Positions 1 through 10,209 of a DNA stretch of 64,000 bases are shown here, in pieces. The notes under the pieces are model-generated. The model had not been told where the DNA came from. It saw only the letters and a list, made by a program, of their open reading frames with translations, and did no database searches. Source of the stretch: an uncultured bacterium (lineage in GTDB: Bacteria; Krumholzibacteriota; Krumholzibacteriia; Krumholzibacteriales; Krumholzibacteriaceae). Positions within the stretch are counted from its first letter, which is position 1; every line of letters begins with the position of its first letter. The DNA lies in the NCBI GenBank assembly GCA_963813815.1, contig CAWFAD010000016.1, positions 1 through 64,000 of the forward strand, given 5' to 3'. The translations under genes and the position numbers were made by a program.

Positions 1-212
1 CTCTTCGAGTGGCCGATGGAGAAAAGATGAAATCCGTCGAGGCCCGAGAGGAGCGCGTCGTCGCCCTCGGGCGAGAACGAGAACCGCATCTCGCCGGCCA
101 CGCGCTCGAGCGCCTCGCGGCGCTTCTTTCCCAGGAGATGGCTGTGGTAGGCGAGGCCGCCGAAAAGAGCGGCGAACGCCATGATGGCGAGCGCAACTAC
201 GAATGGACTCAT
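1..212 (-). CDS. Hypothetical protein with N-terminal membrane anchor (runs off left edge)
   Basis: Manual translation from ATG at 212: MSPFVVALAIMAFAALFGGLAYHSHLLGKKRREALERVAGEMRFSF..., open to the edge; AGGAG RBS upstream; follows the TPR gene on the same strand. Confidence 0.6.
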   Translation of the reverse strand, partial: MSPFVVALAIMAFAALFGGLAYHSHLLGKKRREALERVAGEMRFSFSPEGDDALLSGLDGFHLFSIGHSK

Positions 213-237
213 TGCCGTCTCCTGCGCAAAGCGCCGC

Positions 238-1899
238 TTACTTCGGGCAGTACGTCACGACGAGCGAGGGGATGTAGTCCCCCGTTTCGATCCGCGCGGT
301 CTCTTCCTTCTTGCCGACCGCGAAGGCCGCCTCGGCGAGCTGGTAGCGATTGCTCGGCCAGTGCATGACCTCGACCTTCGCCGTGTAGCGGCCGGGCTTC
401 ACCGGCTTGCCGTCGAGGCCCTTGCAGTCCCACGCGTAGACGTAGTGGCCGACGTCGATGCTCGCGCCCGTCACGGCATCAGCCCCTTCGAACTTCGAGA
501 TCTCCGCCCAGACGGGAAGCGTGACCTGCCTCCCCTTGACGTTCCCGGCGAACCCCGAGACGAAAACCGTCTTAACGTGGGCGCCCGAGGCGTCCTCGAT
601 CCAGACGGCTACCTGCGGGGCGAGCTCGTCGCGGAAGCCGAGCACGAAGTCGATCGAAACGAACGGCCGCGGCTGCTTCGAGAGGTCAGGGACCGCGACG
701 ACCGGACGCATCCCGGCCATCGCCATCGCCGCGGCGTCGCTTGCGGGGTACTTCGTCGCGACGTCGAGCCAGAAGCGCATCGCCTGACGCTCGCGCGCGG
801 CGCCGAGCCAGTACATGGCCAGGGCGCTGTCGGCCGGAGAGGTCGTGTGCTTCAAGACGTATTCGAGATCGGCGTTCCCCTGATCGAACTTACCCACGAA
901 GAAAGGCATCGCGATTCCCATGACGCCGCGCTGGAGCCGTGCGGCGACGTCCCCCGGATCGAGCTCGACGATCTTCTCGGCGGCGCTCATCGCCTCGAAG
1001 GCGAGGTTCGTCCGGAAGTTCGTGTCCCCGGCGATTCGCGCGTCGTACCCCTGCTGCGCCACCCCGCTGACGGCGATGAAGAGAACCCTGTACGCGTCGG
1101 CGCTCGAGGGATCGATCGCGTTGTGCGCGATCATCGCCTCGCGCGCATCCTCGAAGCGGCCGGCCGCGACGAGCGCGCGCCCGAGATCGAGGATGAGCTT
1201 CGCGTTCGACGGCTCGGCCTCGGCGCGCTTCTTGAGAGCGGCGATCTCGGCCGAGTCCCCTTCTTGCGGAAGCAGCGCTTTCGGCCGCTCCTTCGGTGCC
1301 GCGGCGGCGAGCGCCGCCATTCGTTCCTCGGCCTTTTTGGCTTCGTCGCTCCCCGGGGCGAGCTCGAGAAGCGTCTCGTAGGTCGCGCGGGCGTCGACCG
1401 GATTGCCGGCGGCCTCGTACGCCGCGCCGAGCATCGAATAGGCGGGGACGAGCATCTCCGGGGGAACGGCCCCTTTCGATTTCTCGCTCATGGCGATCAC
1501 GCTTTTTAGATCGCTGATGCCGCCGGGGAGCTTCCCGAGAAACACGGGCACCCTGACGCCCATGACCCCCCGATAGAAATAGCCGATCGGATTCCCGGGA
1601 TCGAGCGCGACGGCCTTGTCGAGAAGGGCGAACGCCTCGGTCGTGAGACGTCCCGCTTCGACGTAGTTCACGGCTCGTCCGGCGCTCTGTCCCGTGTACA
1701 GACCGAGATATGCGTACAGATCGGCGCTCTGCGGATGCTCCTTCGTTCCCTCCTGCAGCAGCGCGAGCGCCTCGGCGAGCTTGCCGCCGCCCGCGAGGGC
1801 CTGCGCCTCGGATACATACGCGGTTACCTCTTTCGCCGCGAGCGCCGGGGAGGCGGCGAGGAGCATCGAGATCGCGAGCGCGATAAAGCACGATTTCAT
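238..1899 (-). CDS. Exported TPR-repeat protein with C-terminal DUF2271-like domain
   Basis: Signal peptide MKSCFIALAISMLLAASPALA after an AGGAGG RBS; TPR-like helical repeats; C-terminal PQVAVWIED...DAVTGAS...WDCK...GRY pattern. Confidence 0.7.
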   Translation of the reverse strand: MKSCFIALAISMLLAASPALAAKEVTAYVSEAQALAGGGKLAEALALLQEGTKEHPQSADLYAYLGLYTGQSAGRAVNYVEAGRLTTEAFALLDKAVALDPGNPIGYFYRGVMGVRVPVFLGKLPGGISDLKSVIAMSEKSKGAVPPEMLVPAYSMLGAAYEAAGNPVDARATYETLLELAPGSDEAKKAEERMAALAAAAPKERPKALLPQEGDSAEIAALKKRAEAEPSNAKLILDLGRALVAAGRFEDAREAMIAHNAIDPSSADAYRVLFIAVSGVAQQGYDARIAGDTNFRTNLAFEAMSAAEKIVELDPGDVAARLQRGVMGIAMPFFVGKFDQGNADLEYVLKHTTSPADSALAMYWLGAARERQAMRFWLDVATKYPASDAAAMAMAGMRPVVAVPDLSKQPRPFVSIDFVLGFRDELAPQVAVWIEDASGAHVKTVFVSGFAGNVKGRQVTLPVWAEISKFEGADAVTGASIDVGHYVYAWDCKGLDGKPVKPGRYTAKVEVMHWPSNRYQLAEAAFAVGKKEETARIETGDYIPSLVVTYCPK

Positions 1900-2090
1900 A
1901 TGACGATCCCTCCTGCTAAAACGGGGGCCTGGCGTTGTAATCTGAGATGGCGGCATGGTATCACACACTCTCTTACATGATAAGCACGAAGATATTCGCC
2001 GGCGAATATCATTATCCCCGCCTTGACCGTATCACGGCCTCCGCCGTACAATGCCTCTCGACCGTCGGCCGGCGCCGGCGCATACGCAAT

Positions 2091-3770
2091 ATGAAAATAT
2101 TCGACTATTTCATCGGTATCGTAGCGCTCGCGGCCTTCCTGCTGCTCATCGTCGAGCTCAGCGGATATTTCGCGGGCTACGCGCATCTCTTCCGGCTCGC
2201 GAACCTCGCGATTCTCGCTCTGTTCATGATCCACGTCGTGCTGAGATTCGTCCGAGCGCCGGGCAAGAGAGAGCACCTCAAGCGCAACTGGCTCGACGCC
2301 ATCGTGTTCGTTCCGCTCGTTCAGTTCGTCGGCGGCATCCGGAACTCCCCCGTCTGGGTCATCGTCTGGCAGGCGGTCATCGTTATCATGCTCCTGTCGC
2401 GGGCGCGGCGCACGAGCACGCTCGTTTCGACGCTCGGGCTCCGGCCCGCGCAGATCATGCTCGCGAGCTTCGCGTTTACGATCGGCATCGGCGCCATCCT
2501 TCTCATGCTGCCGGCGGCGACGGTCTCGGGAGAGGGCGCTACGCTCGTCGACGCGCTCTTCACCGCCACCTCGGCCACCTGCGTCACGGGCCTCGTGGTG
2601 CAGGACACGGCGACGTACTATACGCCGTTCGGCCAGGCCGTGATCCTCGCCCTCATACAGCTCGGCGCCCTCGGCATCATGACCTTCTCGGTCGCGCTCG
2701 CCATCCTCGTCAAGAAGAGGGTCGAGATGCAGCGCCAGATCGAGATGCAGGAGATGCTCGATCAGGACACGATCGCGAGCATCCGCGACCTCCTGGCGTT
2801 CATTCTCAAGATGACAATCGCGATCGAGGCGCTCGGGGCCGTCGCGCTCTTCTTCGCGTGGCGGGGCGAGATCGGCGGAGACCTCGCAACGGCGTGGCAC
2901 GCGGTCTTTCACTCGGTTTCGGCCTTCTGCAACGCTGGATTCTCGACGATGAGCGACAGCCTCGTACGGTTCGCAAAGGACATCGGAACCAACGCGACCA
3001 TCATCGCCCTTATCCTGTTGGGCGGCTTCGGATTCACCGTCGTGCGGGACCTCATGGGCAATTTTCGCGCGCGCTATTTCAGTCGGCGCCACCGCGTGCT
3101 GAGCCTGCGCGTGCAGACGAAGATCGTTCTCTCCGTGAGCTTCACCCTCGTCATCGCGGGCGCGGCGCTCTTCTACGCCCTCGAGCGAAACGGCGTTCTC
3201 GCGGATCTCGGCGTCAAAGACCGCGTTCTCGTGTCGCTCTTTCAATCGGTCACGACGCGCACGGCGGGATTCAACTCGTGCAATATCGGAGCGCTCTCCT
3301 CCGCCGCGCTCATGCTCTTCATCATCCTCATGTTCATCGGCGCCTCCCCCGGCTCGACGGGCGGCGGCATCAAGACCACGACCGTCGCCGTGCTCTGGGC
3401 GGCCGTCGCGAGCGGGCTCCGCAAGGAACCGCACGCCCAGCTCTACCGGCGAACCATTCCGCTCGAGGTGATCCAGAAGGCGGCGAGCGTGCTCGTCATC
3501 TCGCTCATCGTCGTCCTCGGCTTCGGGCTCGTGCTGCTCTCCTTCGAGCCGCTGCAGTTCCGGGACGTCATCTTCGAGACGGTGAGCGCGTTCGGCACGG
3601 TCGGTCTTTCGACGGGAGTCACCGGCGCTCTCTCGACGCCGGGCAAGATAACGATCACACTCCTGATGTTCGCGGGAAGGCTCGGACCGCTGACGATCGC
3701 CTACGCCTTCCTGCGGGCGCGCAAACCCGCGAACTACCGGTATGCGGAAGAGCGCGTCATGATCGGCTGA
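2091..3770 (+). CDS. ktrB: TrkH/KtrB-family potassium uptake membrane subunit with N-terminal TM extension
   Basis: Four pore-loop motifs ATCVTGL, AFCNAGF, TRTAGF, AFGTVGLS; GSTGGGIK; GRLGPLT. Confidence 0.92.
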   Translation: MKIFDYFIGIVALAAFLLLIVELSGYFAGYAHLFRLANLAILALFMIHVVLRFVRAPGKREHLKRNWLDAIVFVPLVQFVGGIRNSPVWVIVWQAVIVIMLLSRARRTSTLVSTLGLRPAQIMLASFAFTIGIGAILLMLPAATVSGEGATLVDALFTATSATCVTGLVVQDTATYYTPFGQAVILALIQLGALGIMTFSVALAILVKKRVEMQRQIEMQEMLDQDTIASIRDLLAFILKMTIAIEALGAVALFFAWRGEIGGDLATAWHAVFHSVSAFCNAGFSTMSDSLVRFAKDIGTNATIIALILLGGFGFTVVRDLMGNFRARYFSRRHRVLSLRVQTKIVLSVSFTLVIAGAALFYALERNGVLADLGVKDRVLVSLFQSVTTRTAGFNSCNIGALSSAALMLFIILMFIGASPGSTGGGIKTTTVAVLWAAVASGLRKEPHAQLYRRTIPLEVIQKAASVLVISLIVVLGFGLVLLSFEPLQFRDVIFETVSAFGTVGLSTGVTGALSTPGKITITLLMFAGRLGPLTIAYAFLRARKPANYRYAEERVMIG

Positions 3771-3789
3771 AGCGAAAGAGAGGAGCGCA

Positions 3790-4476
3790 ATGCGTTACGT
3801 CGCGGTGATCGGCTTGGGGAATTTCGGCAATACGGTGGCCCGCGAGCTCACCGACAAGGGGGCGAAGGTAATCGCGATCGACAAGAACCCCGACCGCGTC
3901 GAGGCGATCAAGGAGTCGGTTTCATACGCGGCGACGCTCGACAGCATCAACCAATCCGCCCTGCGGTCGGTCGGGATACAAGACGTCGACGTCGCCGTCG
4001 TCTGCATCGGCGACGACGTCGAGGCGAACCTCCTATCGACCCTCCTCCTCAAAAAGATGGGCGTGAAAAAGATCTGGGCGCGGGCCATCAGTCCGCTCCA
4101 GCAGGAAATCCTCCGGAGCCTCGACGTCGACGAGATCGTGAGCCTCGAGGAGGAAATGGGACGCATCGTCGCGCGCAGCCTCGTTTCCCCCGGCGTGAGC
4201 AAGTACATTTCGCTCGAGCGCAATCACGGCCTCGCCGAGATCGCGGTGCCGAGGGATCTCGTCGGCAAGACCATCGCCGAGATCAACCCCCGCGAGAAAT
4301 ATCGCATCATCGTAGCCGCCCTGCGGCGCCGGGAGCCTCACATCGACGACCGGGGCGAGCGCGTCTTCAAGGAAACGTTCGAGGTCGCGCCTCCGCCCGA
4401 TCGGCCCCTCGAGGAGGGCGACGTGATGCTCGTCGTAGGATCGGACGCCAATATCATCAAATTCTCGGAGCGTTGA
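3790..4476 (+). CDS. ktrA: TrkA/KtrA-family RCK regulatory subunit
   Basis: VIGLGNFG Rossmann motif plus TrkA-C region; directly after ktrB. Confidence 0.9.
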   Translation: MRYVAVIGLGNFGNTVARELTDKGAKVIAIDKNPDRVEAIKESVSYAATLDSINQSALRSVGIQDVDVAVVCIGDDVEANLLSTLLLKKMGVKKIWARAISPLQQEILRSLDVDEIVSLEEEMGRIVARSLVSPGVSKYISLERNHGLAEIAVPRDLVGKTIAEINPREKYRIIVAALRRREPHIDDRGERVFKETFEVAPPPDRPLEEGDVMLVVGSDANIIKFSER

Positions 4477-4479
4477 GCC

Positions 4480-5163
4480 ATGTTCAAGCACCTCATGAAA
4501 ATCGCCTGGTTCGGAATTCTCGCGATTTATATCGTCCTCTGGACGACCCTGCGGCGCGAAGCGACTCTCAACGGCTCGTACGAGTGGATCTCGTGGATCG
4601 GAGTCCTCGGATTCGTCTTCTGGGGATATCTCGCGCTCAGGCTCGGTTCGTTCAGCTCCAAGTTCAGAAAATTTTCCCGGCAGATCATCGACGGCAACTA
4701 CGAGACGGGCATCAGGCCGAGCCGATTTCTCCGCGATGAGGCGCACTCGCTCGAAACGCTCGTCAACAAAATCGCCGACCGGCTGCGCTTCTTCGACGCC
4801 CTCCGCGCCGAGAAGGTGGCTCTCAGCACCCGTGCCCGCGAGCTCATGCACGAGCGATCGAGCGAATCGATCGTCTTCGCCGACATCGATGCCGCCGTAT
4901 TCCGGTTCAACAAAACGGCGCGCGCCTTCTTCGGCGTCGATCAGGAGACGCTCTCCTTCGACGCGATCGAAAAACAGCCCGAAAACGCGGCCTTCGTAGC
5001 CTTTTTCAGGAACGCCGTCGAGCGTTACAAGGTGCCGCGCGAGGAACGCATCACAATCTCGCTCCCCGCGCGGGGCGCGGCCAGAGAGGCGCTCGCCGAG
5101 ATTATCCCGATCAAGGACCGCGAGGAGAAGGTGCGCCTGGCGCTCATCTTTCTCCGGCCGTAG
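4480..5163 (+). CDS. Two-TM membrane protein with HAMP-like and PAS-like regions
   Basis: Two N-terminal TM helices, DE..L...N HAMP-like segment, PAS-like FNKTARAFFG segment; 3 bp after ktrA. Confidence 0.55.
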   Translation: MFKHLMKIAWFGILAIYIVLWTTLRREATLNGSYEWISWIGVLGFVFWGYLALRLGSFSSKFRKFSRQIIDGNYETGIRPSRFLRDEAHSLETLVNKIADRLRFFDALRAEKVALSTRARELMHERSSESIVFADIDAAVFRFNKTARAFFGVDQETLSFDAIEKQPENAAFVAFFRNAVERYKVPREERITISLPARGAAREALAEIIPIKDREEKVRLALIFLRP

Positions 5164-5169
5164 AACCGC

Positions 5170-5655
5170 TCATCTCTGGCCGAAGAGGAGCCCCATCAAA
5201 ATCTTGAACTCGGGAATGTCGCCCGCGCCGAAGCGCGCCTCGACGTTGTACCAGCCGCTTTCGCCGAAAGCTATCCTCGCGCCGACGCCGAGCGAGAGGC
5301 CGATCTCGAGATCGTCGTCCACCTCGTCGAGCATCCAGTACGTGAGGGTCGGGCCGGCGAGGCCGTAAAAGGCGACCGAGGATTTCGGAAGCGGGAGAAA
5401 GCCCTTGAAGTCGCCGTTGAACGAAAGCGTCGTCACGTGGTCGCCGAAACCGCCGTCGATGCTCGGCACGAAATGAATGTTCCGGTAGAAAGAACCCATG
5501 TCGGCCTGAAGGCCCACGACGAACTGGTCGGGATCCGCTCCGTAGCCGAGCCGGAGCCCGTACGCCCGACCCTCGCCGTTTTGAGCGAGCGCGGCGGACG
5601 CGAAAAGGGCCGTCGAGACGAGGATGGCGAGCGCAAACCGAGACTTCCCGTTCAT
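5170..5655 (-). CDS. Small outer-membrane beta-barrel protein
   Basis: Signal peptide MNGKSRFALAILVSTALFASAALA, alternating amphipathic beta-strands, GGGAGG RBS. Confidence 0.7.
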   Translation of the reverse strand: MNGKSRFALAILVSTALFASAALAQNGEGRAYGLRLGYGADPDQFVVGLQADMGSFYRNIHFVPSIDGGFGDHVTTLSFNGDFKGFLPLPKSSVAFYGLAGPTLTYWMLDEVDDDLEIGLSLGVGARIAFGESGWYNVEARFGAGDIPEFKILMGLLFGQR

Positions 5656-5792
5656 TCGTTTCCTCCCTTGAAATGAAAATGGTTCTCGTACTGTACGCCA
5701 TGCGGGGCCGCGCCACAACAATTTTCTCCCCGGCGAGCTTGTGATACAATACCCGCGCATCATCACAGCGAACGACCAAGGAGGATGCCGCC

Positions 5793-6101
5793 ATGCTCGC
5801 GAGCTTTTCGATCGCGCCGGTCGGCGCGGGGGAGGAACTGAAACAGCACGTCGCCGAGATCCTCGACATCATCGACCGCTCGGGGCTGCCGTACAAGCTC
5901 GGCGCCATGCAGACCACGGTCGAGGGGGACGAGGAGCGGGTTATGGCCCTCATTATGGAGTGCCATCGCCACATGCGCCGCAAGGCCCGCCGCGTTCTCA
6001 CCCATATCGCGATCGACGACCGCGAGGGGGCCTCGGGCCGCCTCGACGGCAAGGTGGCGGACGTCGAAAAAACGCTCGGCCGCAAGCTATCGCACGATTG
6101 A
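5793..6101 (+). CDS. MTH1187/YkoF-family thiamine-binding protein
   Basis: FSIAPVG...SGLPYKLGAMQTTVEG...RVLTHIAIDDR...KV pattern; AGGAGG RBS. Confidence 0.88.
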   Translation: MLASFSIAPVGAGEELKQHVAEILDIIDRSGLPYKLGAMQTTVEGDEERVMALIMECHRHMRRKARRVLTHIAIDDREGASGRLDGKVADVEKTLGRKLSHD

Positions 6102-6123
6102 AGCCGCGTCGAGCGATCGCGCG

Positions 6124-6591
6124 CTAGCCGATCTGCTCGGTCAGGTAAATCTGGATCCCCATCTGCTTGATCTGCTCGATCTGAGCTTCGAGCCAGTCGA
6201 TGTGGTCTTCCTCGTCCTTGAGGATCGATTTCAGAAGCTCGTGCGTGCCGCCGTCGGCGACCTGCGCCGCGATCTTGAGCCCGTCGTTGTACGACTTGAC
6301 GGCGTCGCGCTCGGCGACCCAATCGTTCCGGTGCATCGACTCGACGTCCGCGCCGATGTGAATTTTCTTGAGCTCGCTCACAACGGGCCGGCCTTCGAGA
6401 AAGAGGATCCGGCCGATGAGCGACTCGGCGTGCTTCATCTCGGCGATCGCGCGCTTCTCGATGGCCGCGTGGAGCTTGCCGTATCCCCAGTCGTCGCACA
6501 TCTCCGAGTGAACCATGTACTGATTGATCGCGGTGAGCTCGTCTGCGAGAAGCTCGTTCAGCTTCTCGAGCATCTTGACGTTACCCTTCAT
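6124..6591 (-). CDS. bfr: Bacterioferritin
   Basis: MKGN...ELTAINQYMVH, EMKHAE (heme-ligand Met), DEEDHIDWLE ferroxidase motifs. Confidence 0.95.
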   Translation of the reverse strand: MKGNVKMLEKLNELLADELTAINQYMVHSEMCDDWGYGKLHAAIEKRAIAEMKHAESLIGRILFLEGRPVVSELKKIHIGADVESMHRNDWVAERDAVKSYNDGLKIAAQVADGGTHELLKSILKDEEDHIDWLEAQIEQIKQMGIQIYLTEQIG

Positions 6592-6797
6592 GACACTCCT
6601 CCTTCCCGACCGAGGGGACAGCGAAACGTGCCGCGGCGTGTGAGGTGGATGGCTATCAGTGTAGCACATCGGCCCTTTCGGGTCACGGAATTCCGCGCCG
6701 CCCGGCGCGGAGCCCGGATATGACGTGGAGCCCGGATTATGACTCTCGACGAAACGTCCGGCCCGCGATATACTGAACGGGAAAGGCGGTGTTCCGC

Positions 6798-7478
6798 ATG
6801 GGACTTGCAATTCTCCTCTTCGCCATCATACTCGCCTCCCTGGTCATAATCCGGGCGGGGGCGATCGCCCTCGAGCTCACCGGCATGGATCCCCCGAAGG
6901 CGCGGTTTCAGTCCCTCTCCGCCTTCACGAACACCGGCTTCACCACACGCGAGGCGGAGGAAATCACGAACCTTCCGATCAGGCGGCGCATCATCACGGT
7001 CCTCATCGTTCTCGGGTACGCCGAGACGGTCGGCGTCATCGCAACCTTCGCCACCTCGCTCCTCCAGCGCAATCTCACCTATTCCCTCGTGCGCATCATG
7101 ATCATATTTGCCGCGCTCTACGGAGTGTACCGACTCGCGGCGTGGAGGGGCATCACGAGGCCGCTCACCAACGCGTTCCGCCGTTTCCTCGTCAAGCGCT
7201 ACGGCATCCACGCGCCTTCCCTCGAGCAGATGCTCCGCATCGGCGAGGGGTTCGGCGTCATCAGGGCGATCGTTCCGCCCGATTCCCGCCTCGCTGGTCG
7301 TCCGCTCGCCGAGCTCGCTCTCAAGACGCATCAGATTCAGATCCTCGCGATCATCCGCAACGACGAGACCATCACCATCCCCTCGGGGTACGACGAGCTC
7401 CTCGCGGGAGACACGATCGTCTGTTTCGGCAAAATACAAGCCGTGAAGCGCCTCTTTTCGCCGGCGCCAGATGCGTAG
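6798..7478 (+). CDS. Membrane protein with potassium-channel-like pore helix and TrkA-C domain
   Basis: ARFQSLSAFTNTGFTTREAE motif; C-terminal RCK-C (ILAIIRND...IPSG...GDTIVCFG). Confidence 0.8.
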   Translation: MGLAILLFAIILASLVIIRAGAIALELTGMDPPKARFQSLSAFTNTGFTTREAEEITNLPIRRRIITVLIVLGYAETVGVIATFATSLLQRNLTYSLVRIMIIFAALYGVYRLAAWRGITRPLTNAFRRFLVKRYGIHAPSLEQMLRIGEGFGVIRAIVPPDSRLAGRPLAELALKTHQIQILAIIRNDETITIPSGYDELLAGDTIVCFGKIQAVKRLFSPAPDA

Positions 7479-7550
7479 CCCCGCATTTCGGAACCGGCGG
7501 CTCCCCGCCGCGTATAAGTTGCTAACGGCCTTCCACGAAAGGATTCGCCC

Positions 7551-8961
7551 ATGACGAAACGTCTCGTCCTCCTCATCCTTCTCGCCGCCATGCCGACGTT
7601 TCTCTTCTCAACCGCCCGCGCGTCGCGCGTCGAGTTCCCCGCGAACGAGGCGGGAAAACGCGCGGCCGCATACATCGCGGCCTTCAACGATCCGAACGAG
7701 GCGGCGCTCGCGGACTTCCTCGAGGCGAACCTCGCCCCCGGCGCGATCGCCGACCGGCCCGTCGCGCAGAGGATGGAGCAGCTCCGCCGCGTGCGCGGGG
7801 ACGTCGGAACGCTCGAGCCCGCACGCGTCGTCGAGGAGCGCGACGGCGGCATCACCGTCATCGCCCGCGGCTCGACGGGGCAATGGCTCGAGATGGGGTT
7901 CGTGTTCGAGAAAGAGGCGCCCCGGCGACTCGTCGGCGTGCGCTTCGCGCTGCTCGACGAGCCGCCCGACCTCGCCGCGCCCGCGACGCCGCTCACCGAG
8001 GCGGAGCTCGTGAAAGAGATCTCTTCCTACCTCGACGGCGCCGTCTCGGCGGACGACTTCTCCGGCGTCGCGCTTCTCGCGAGCGGGGAGAAACCCATTT
8101 TTAGGATGGCGTACGGCCTCGCGAGCAAGGAGTACGGCGCGCCGAACCGCGTCGACACGCGCTTCAACCTCGGCTCGATCAACAAATTCTTCACGCGCAT
8201 CGCGATCGAGCAGCTCGCCGGCGCGGGCAAGCTCTCGCTCGACGACCCTATCGCGAAGCACCTCCCCGACTATCCGAACGCAGACGCGGCCGCCAAGGTC
8301 ACGGTCCGCCACCTGCTCGAGATGAAATCGGGCATCGGAGATTTCTTCGGAGAAAAGTATGCGGCGACGCCCAAGAACGAGATCAGAAACCTCGAGGACT
8401 ACCTCCAGCTCTTCGCCTCCGATCCGCTCGAGTTCGAGCCCGGCGCCCGCGAGCGATACTCGAACGGCGGCTACGTCGTGCTCGGCCTCATCGTCGGAGA
8501 AGGCGAGCGGACAAAGCTACTTCGACTACGTGCGCGACCACGTCTGCGCGCCGGCCGGCATGACGGGCACGGGGCATCTCGAGGCGGACATCCCCGCGCC
8601 GAACGTCGCGAGCGGCTACACGCTCAGCTGGGACTTCGAGGAGCATCCCGGCGAGCCGCGGCGAAATAACGTTTACACGCGCCCCTGCCGCGGAAGCTCC
8701 GCGGGCGGCGGCTACTCGACCGTCGACGATCTCCTGAAGCTCGTTCTCGCCCTGCGGACCGGGAAGCTCGCCGCGCCCGAGACGACCCGCATGGTCGTCG
8801 AGCGCGGCGTCGCCCTCGCGGGAGGCGCCCCCGGCATCAACGCCTTCCTCGAAACGCGGCCCGAAACCGGCCACACGATCGTCGTTCTCTCGAACTACGA
8901 TCCCCCCGCGGCCGGCGCCGTCGGCCGCAAGATCGGAACGCTCCTCAAGCGGCTGCAATAG
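7551..8961 (+). CDS. Exported serine hydrolase, beta-lactamase class C-like; +1 frameshift near 8496, probably a sequencing error
   Basis: SxxK (GSINK), YSN and AGG motifs spread over ORFs 7551..8669 and 8359..8961; removing one G at 8496-8497 restores LGLIVEKASGQSY. Confidence 0.85.
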
Positions 8962-9119
8962 CGGCCGCGGCGACGAGCTCCGCGCAACTACCTGTTGCCT
9001 AAATGGAATATTTCTGTTCTGCTGTGGCTGTTGACCGCGTCAAGAGGGTCCCTGTGTTCCGACGGCTTCAGGGCATTTCAGGATATCCGGATCCCCGTCG
9101 CATCGAAAGGGAGTGTGAT

Positions 9120-10202
9120 ATGAGAATGCTCGTCTCGCTTCTCTTCGTCGCGGCTCTCTGCATCCCGCTCGCAGCGTTCGCCGGAGAAGGCGCGGCGGGG
9201 CCGAAGGCGCCGCCCGTCACGGAGACGCAGGCGCTCTGGCTGGGGCCGGTGAAGCTCGGAGCTCTCCCGGCGCCGCCGGTGCCGCCCGACAACCCGCAGA
9301 CCGAGAGAAAGATTCTTCTCGGCAAGCAGCTCTATTTCGACACGCGCCTCTCGAGCGACAACACGATAAGCTGCGCCACCTGCCACAGCCCGACGATGGG
9401 CTGGTCGGACAAGGGGCCGACGAGCGAGGGCATCGGCAAACAAATGGGAGGCCGTCGCGCGCCGCCGGCGTCGAACTCGGCCTACAACCCCCTCCAGTTC
9501 TGGGACGGCCGCTCCCCGAGCCTCGAGGATCAGGCCAAGGGACCGATCCAGAATCCGATCGAGATGGGGAACACGCATCAGGTCATGATCCGCACGGTGA
9601 ACGACATCCCCGGCTACGTCGAGGAGTTCAAGGCCGTGTTCGGCGCCACCCCCATCACGATCGATCAGGTGGCCGAGGCGATCGCGGCGTTCGAGCGCAC
9701 CATCGTGACCACCGATTCGCGCTTCGACCGGTTCGTTCTCGGCGACGAAGCGTCGCTTACGAAGCTCGAGCGCCGCGGCCTCGAGATATTCAACGGCAAG
9801 GGACGCTGCACGTGCTGCCACTGGGGCCCCAACACGAGCGACGGCCGGTTCCACAATCTCGGCGTGCCCAACATCGATCCCGCCAAGCCCGATCTCGGCC
9901 GCTACGAGATCACGAAGAATCCCGCCGACCGCGGCGCCTTCAAGACGCCGACGATGCGCGACGCGGGTCTTCGCCCGCCGCACCTCCACACGGGAGGCGA
10001 AAAAACGGTCACGGACGTCATCGTTTTCTACAACAAGGGCGGCGGCACGAAGGACCCGAACATCGATCGCATGATGATTCCGCTCGGGCTCTCGAAGGGC
10101 GAGATCGAGGCGCTCGTCGCGTTCATCGAGCGCGCGATGACGAGTCTCAACCCCGAAGTGGCCGGCGTACGGCCGATTCCCGCGTCGGAGCTGCCGCAGT
10201 AA
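9120..10202 (+). CDS. Diheme cytochrome c peroxidase (bCcP/MauG family)
   Basis: Signal peptide; heme motifs CATCH and CTCCH; QFWDGR, NPIEMG, AFKTPT. Confidence 0.9.
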   Translation: MRMLVSLLFVAALCIPLAAFAGEGAAGPKAPPVTETQALWLGPVKLGALPAPPVPPDNPQTERKILLGKQLYFDTRLSSDNTISCATCHSPTMGWSDKGPTSEGIGKQMGGRRAPPASNSAYNPLQFWDGRSPSLEDQAKGPIQNPIEMGNTHQVMIRTVNDIPGYVEEFKAVFGATPITIDQVAEAIAAFERTIVTTDSRFDRFVLGDEASLTKLERRGLEIFNGKGRCTCCHWGPNTSDGRFHNLGVPNIDPAKPDLGRYEITKNPADRGAFKTPTMRDAGLRPPHLHTGGEKTVTDVIVFYNKGGGTKDPNIDRMMIPLGLSKGEIEALVAFIERAMTSLNPEVAGVRPIPASELPQ

Positions 10203-10209
10203 GGAGGCG

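Noticed and set aside
9031..9043. TTGAC-cgc-GTCAA palindrome upstream of the peroxidase as an FNR box
   Set aside because: The spacer is 3 bp rather than the 4 bp of TTGAT-N4-ATCAA; a single short palindrome is not enough support
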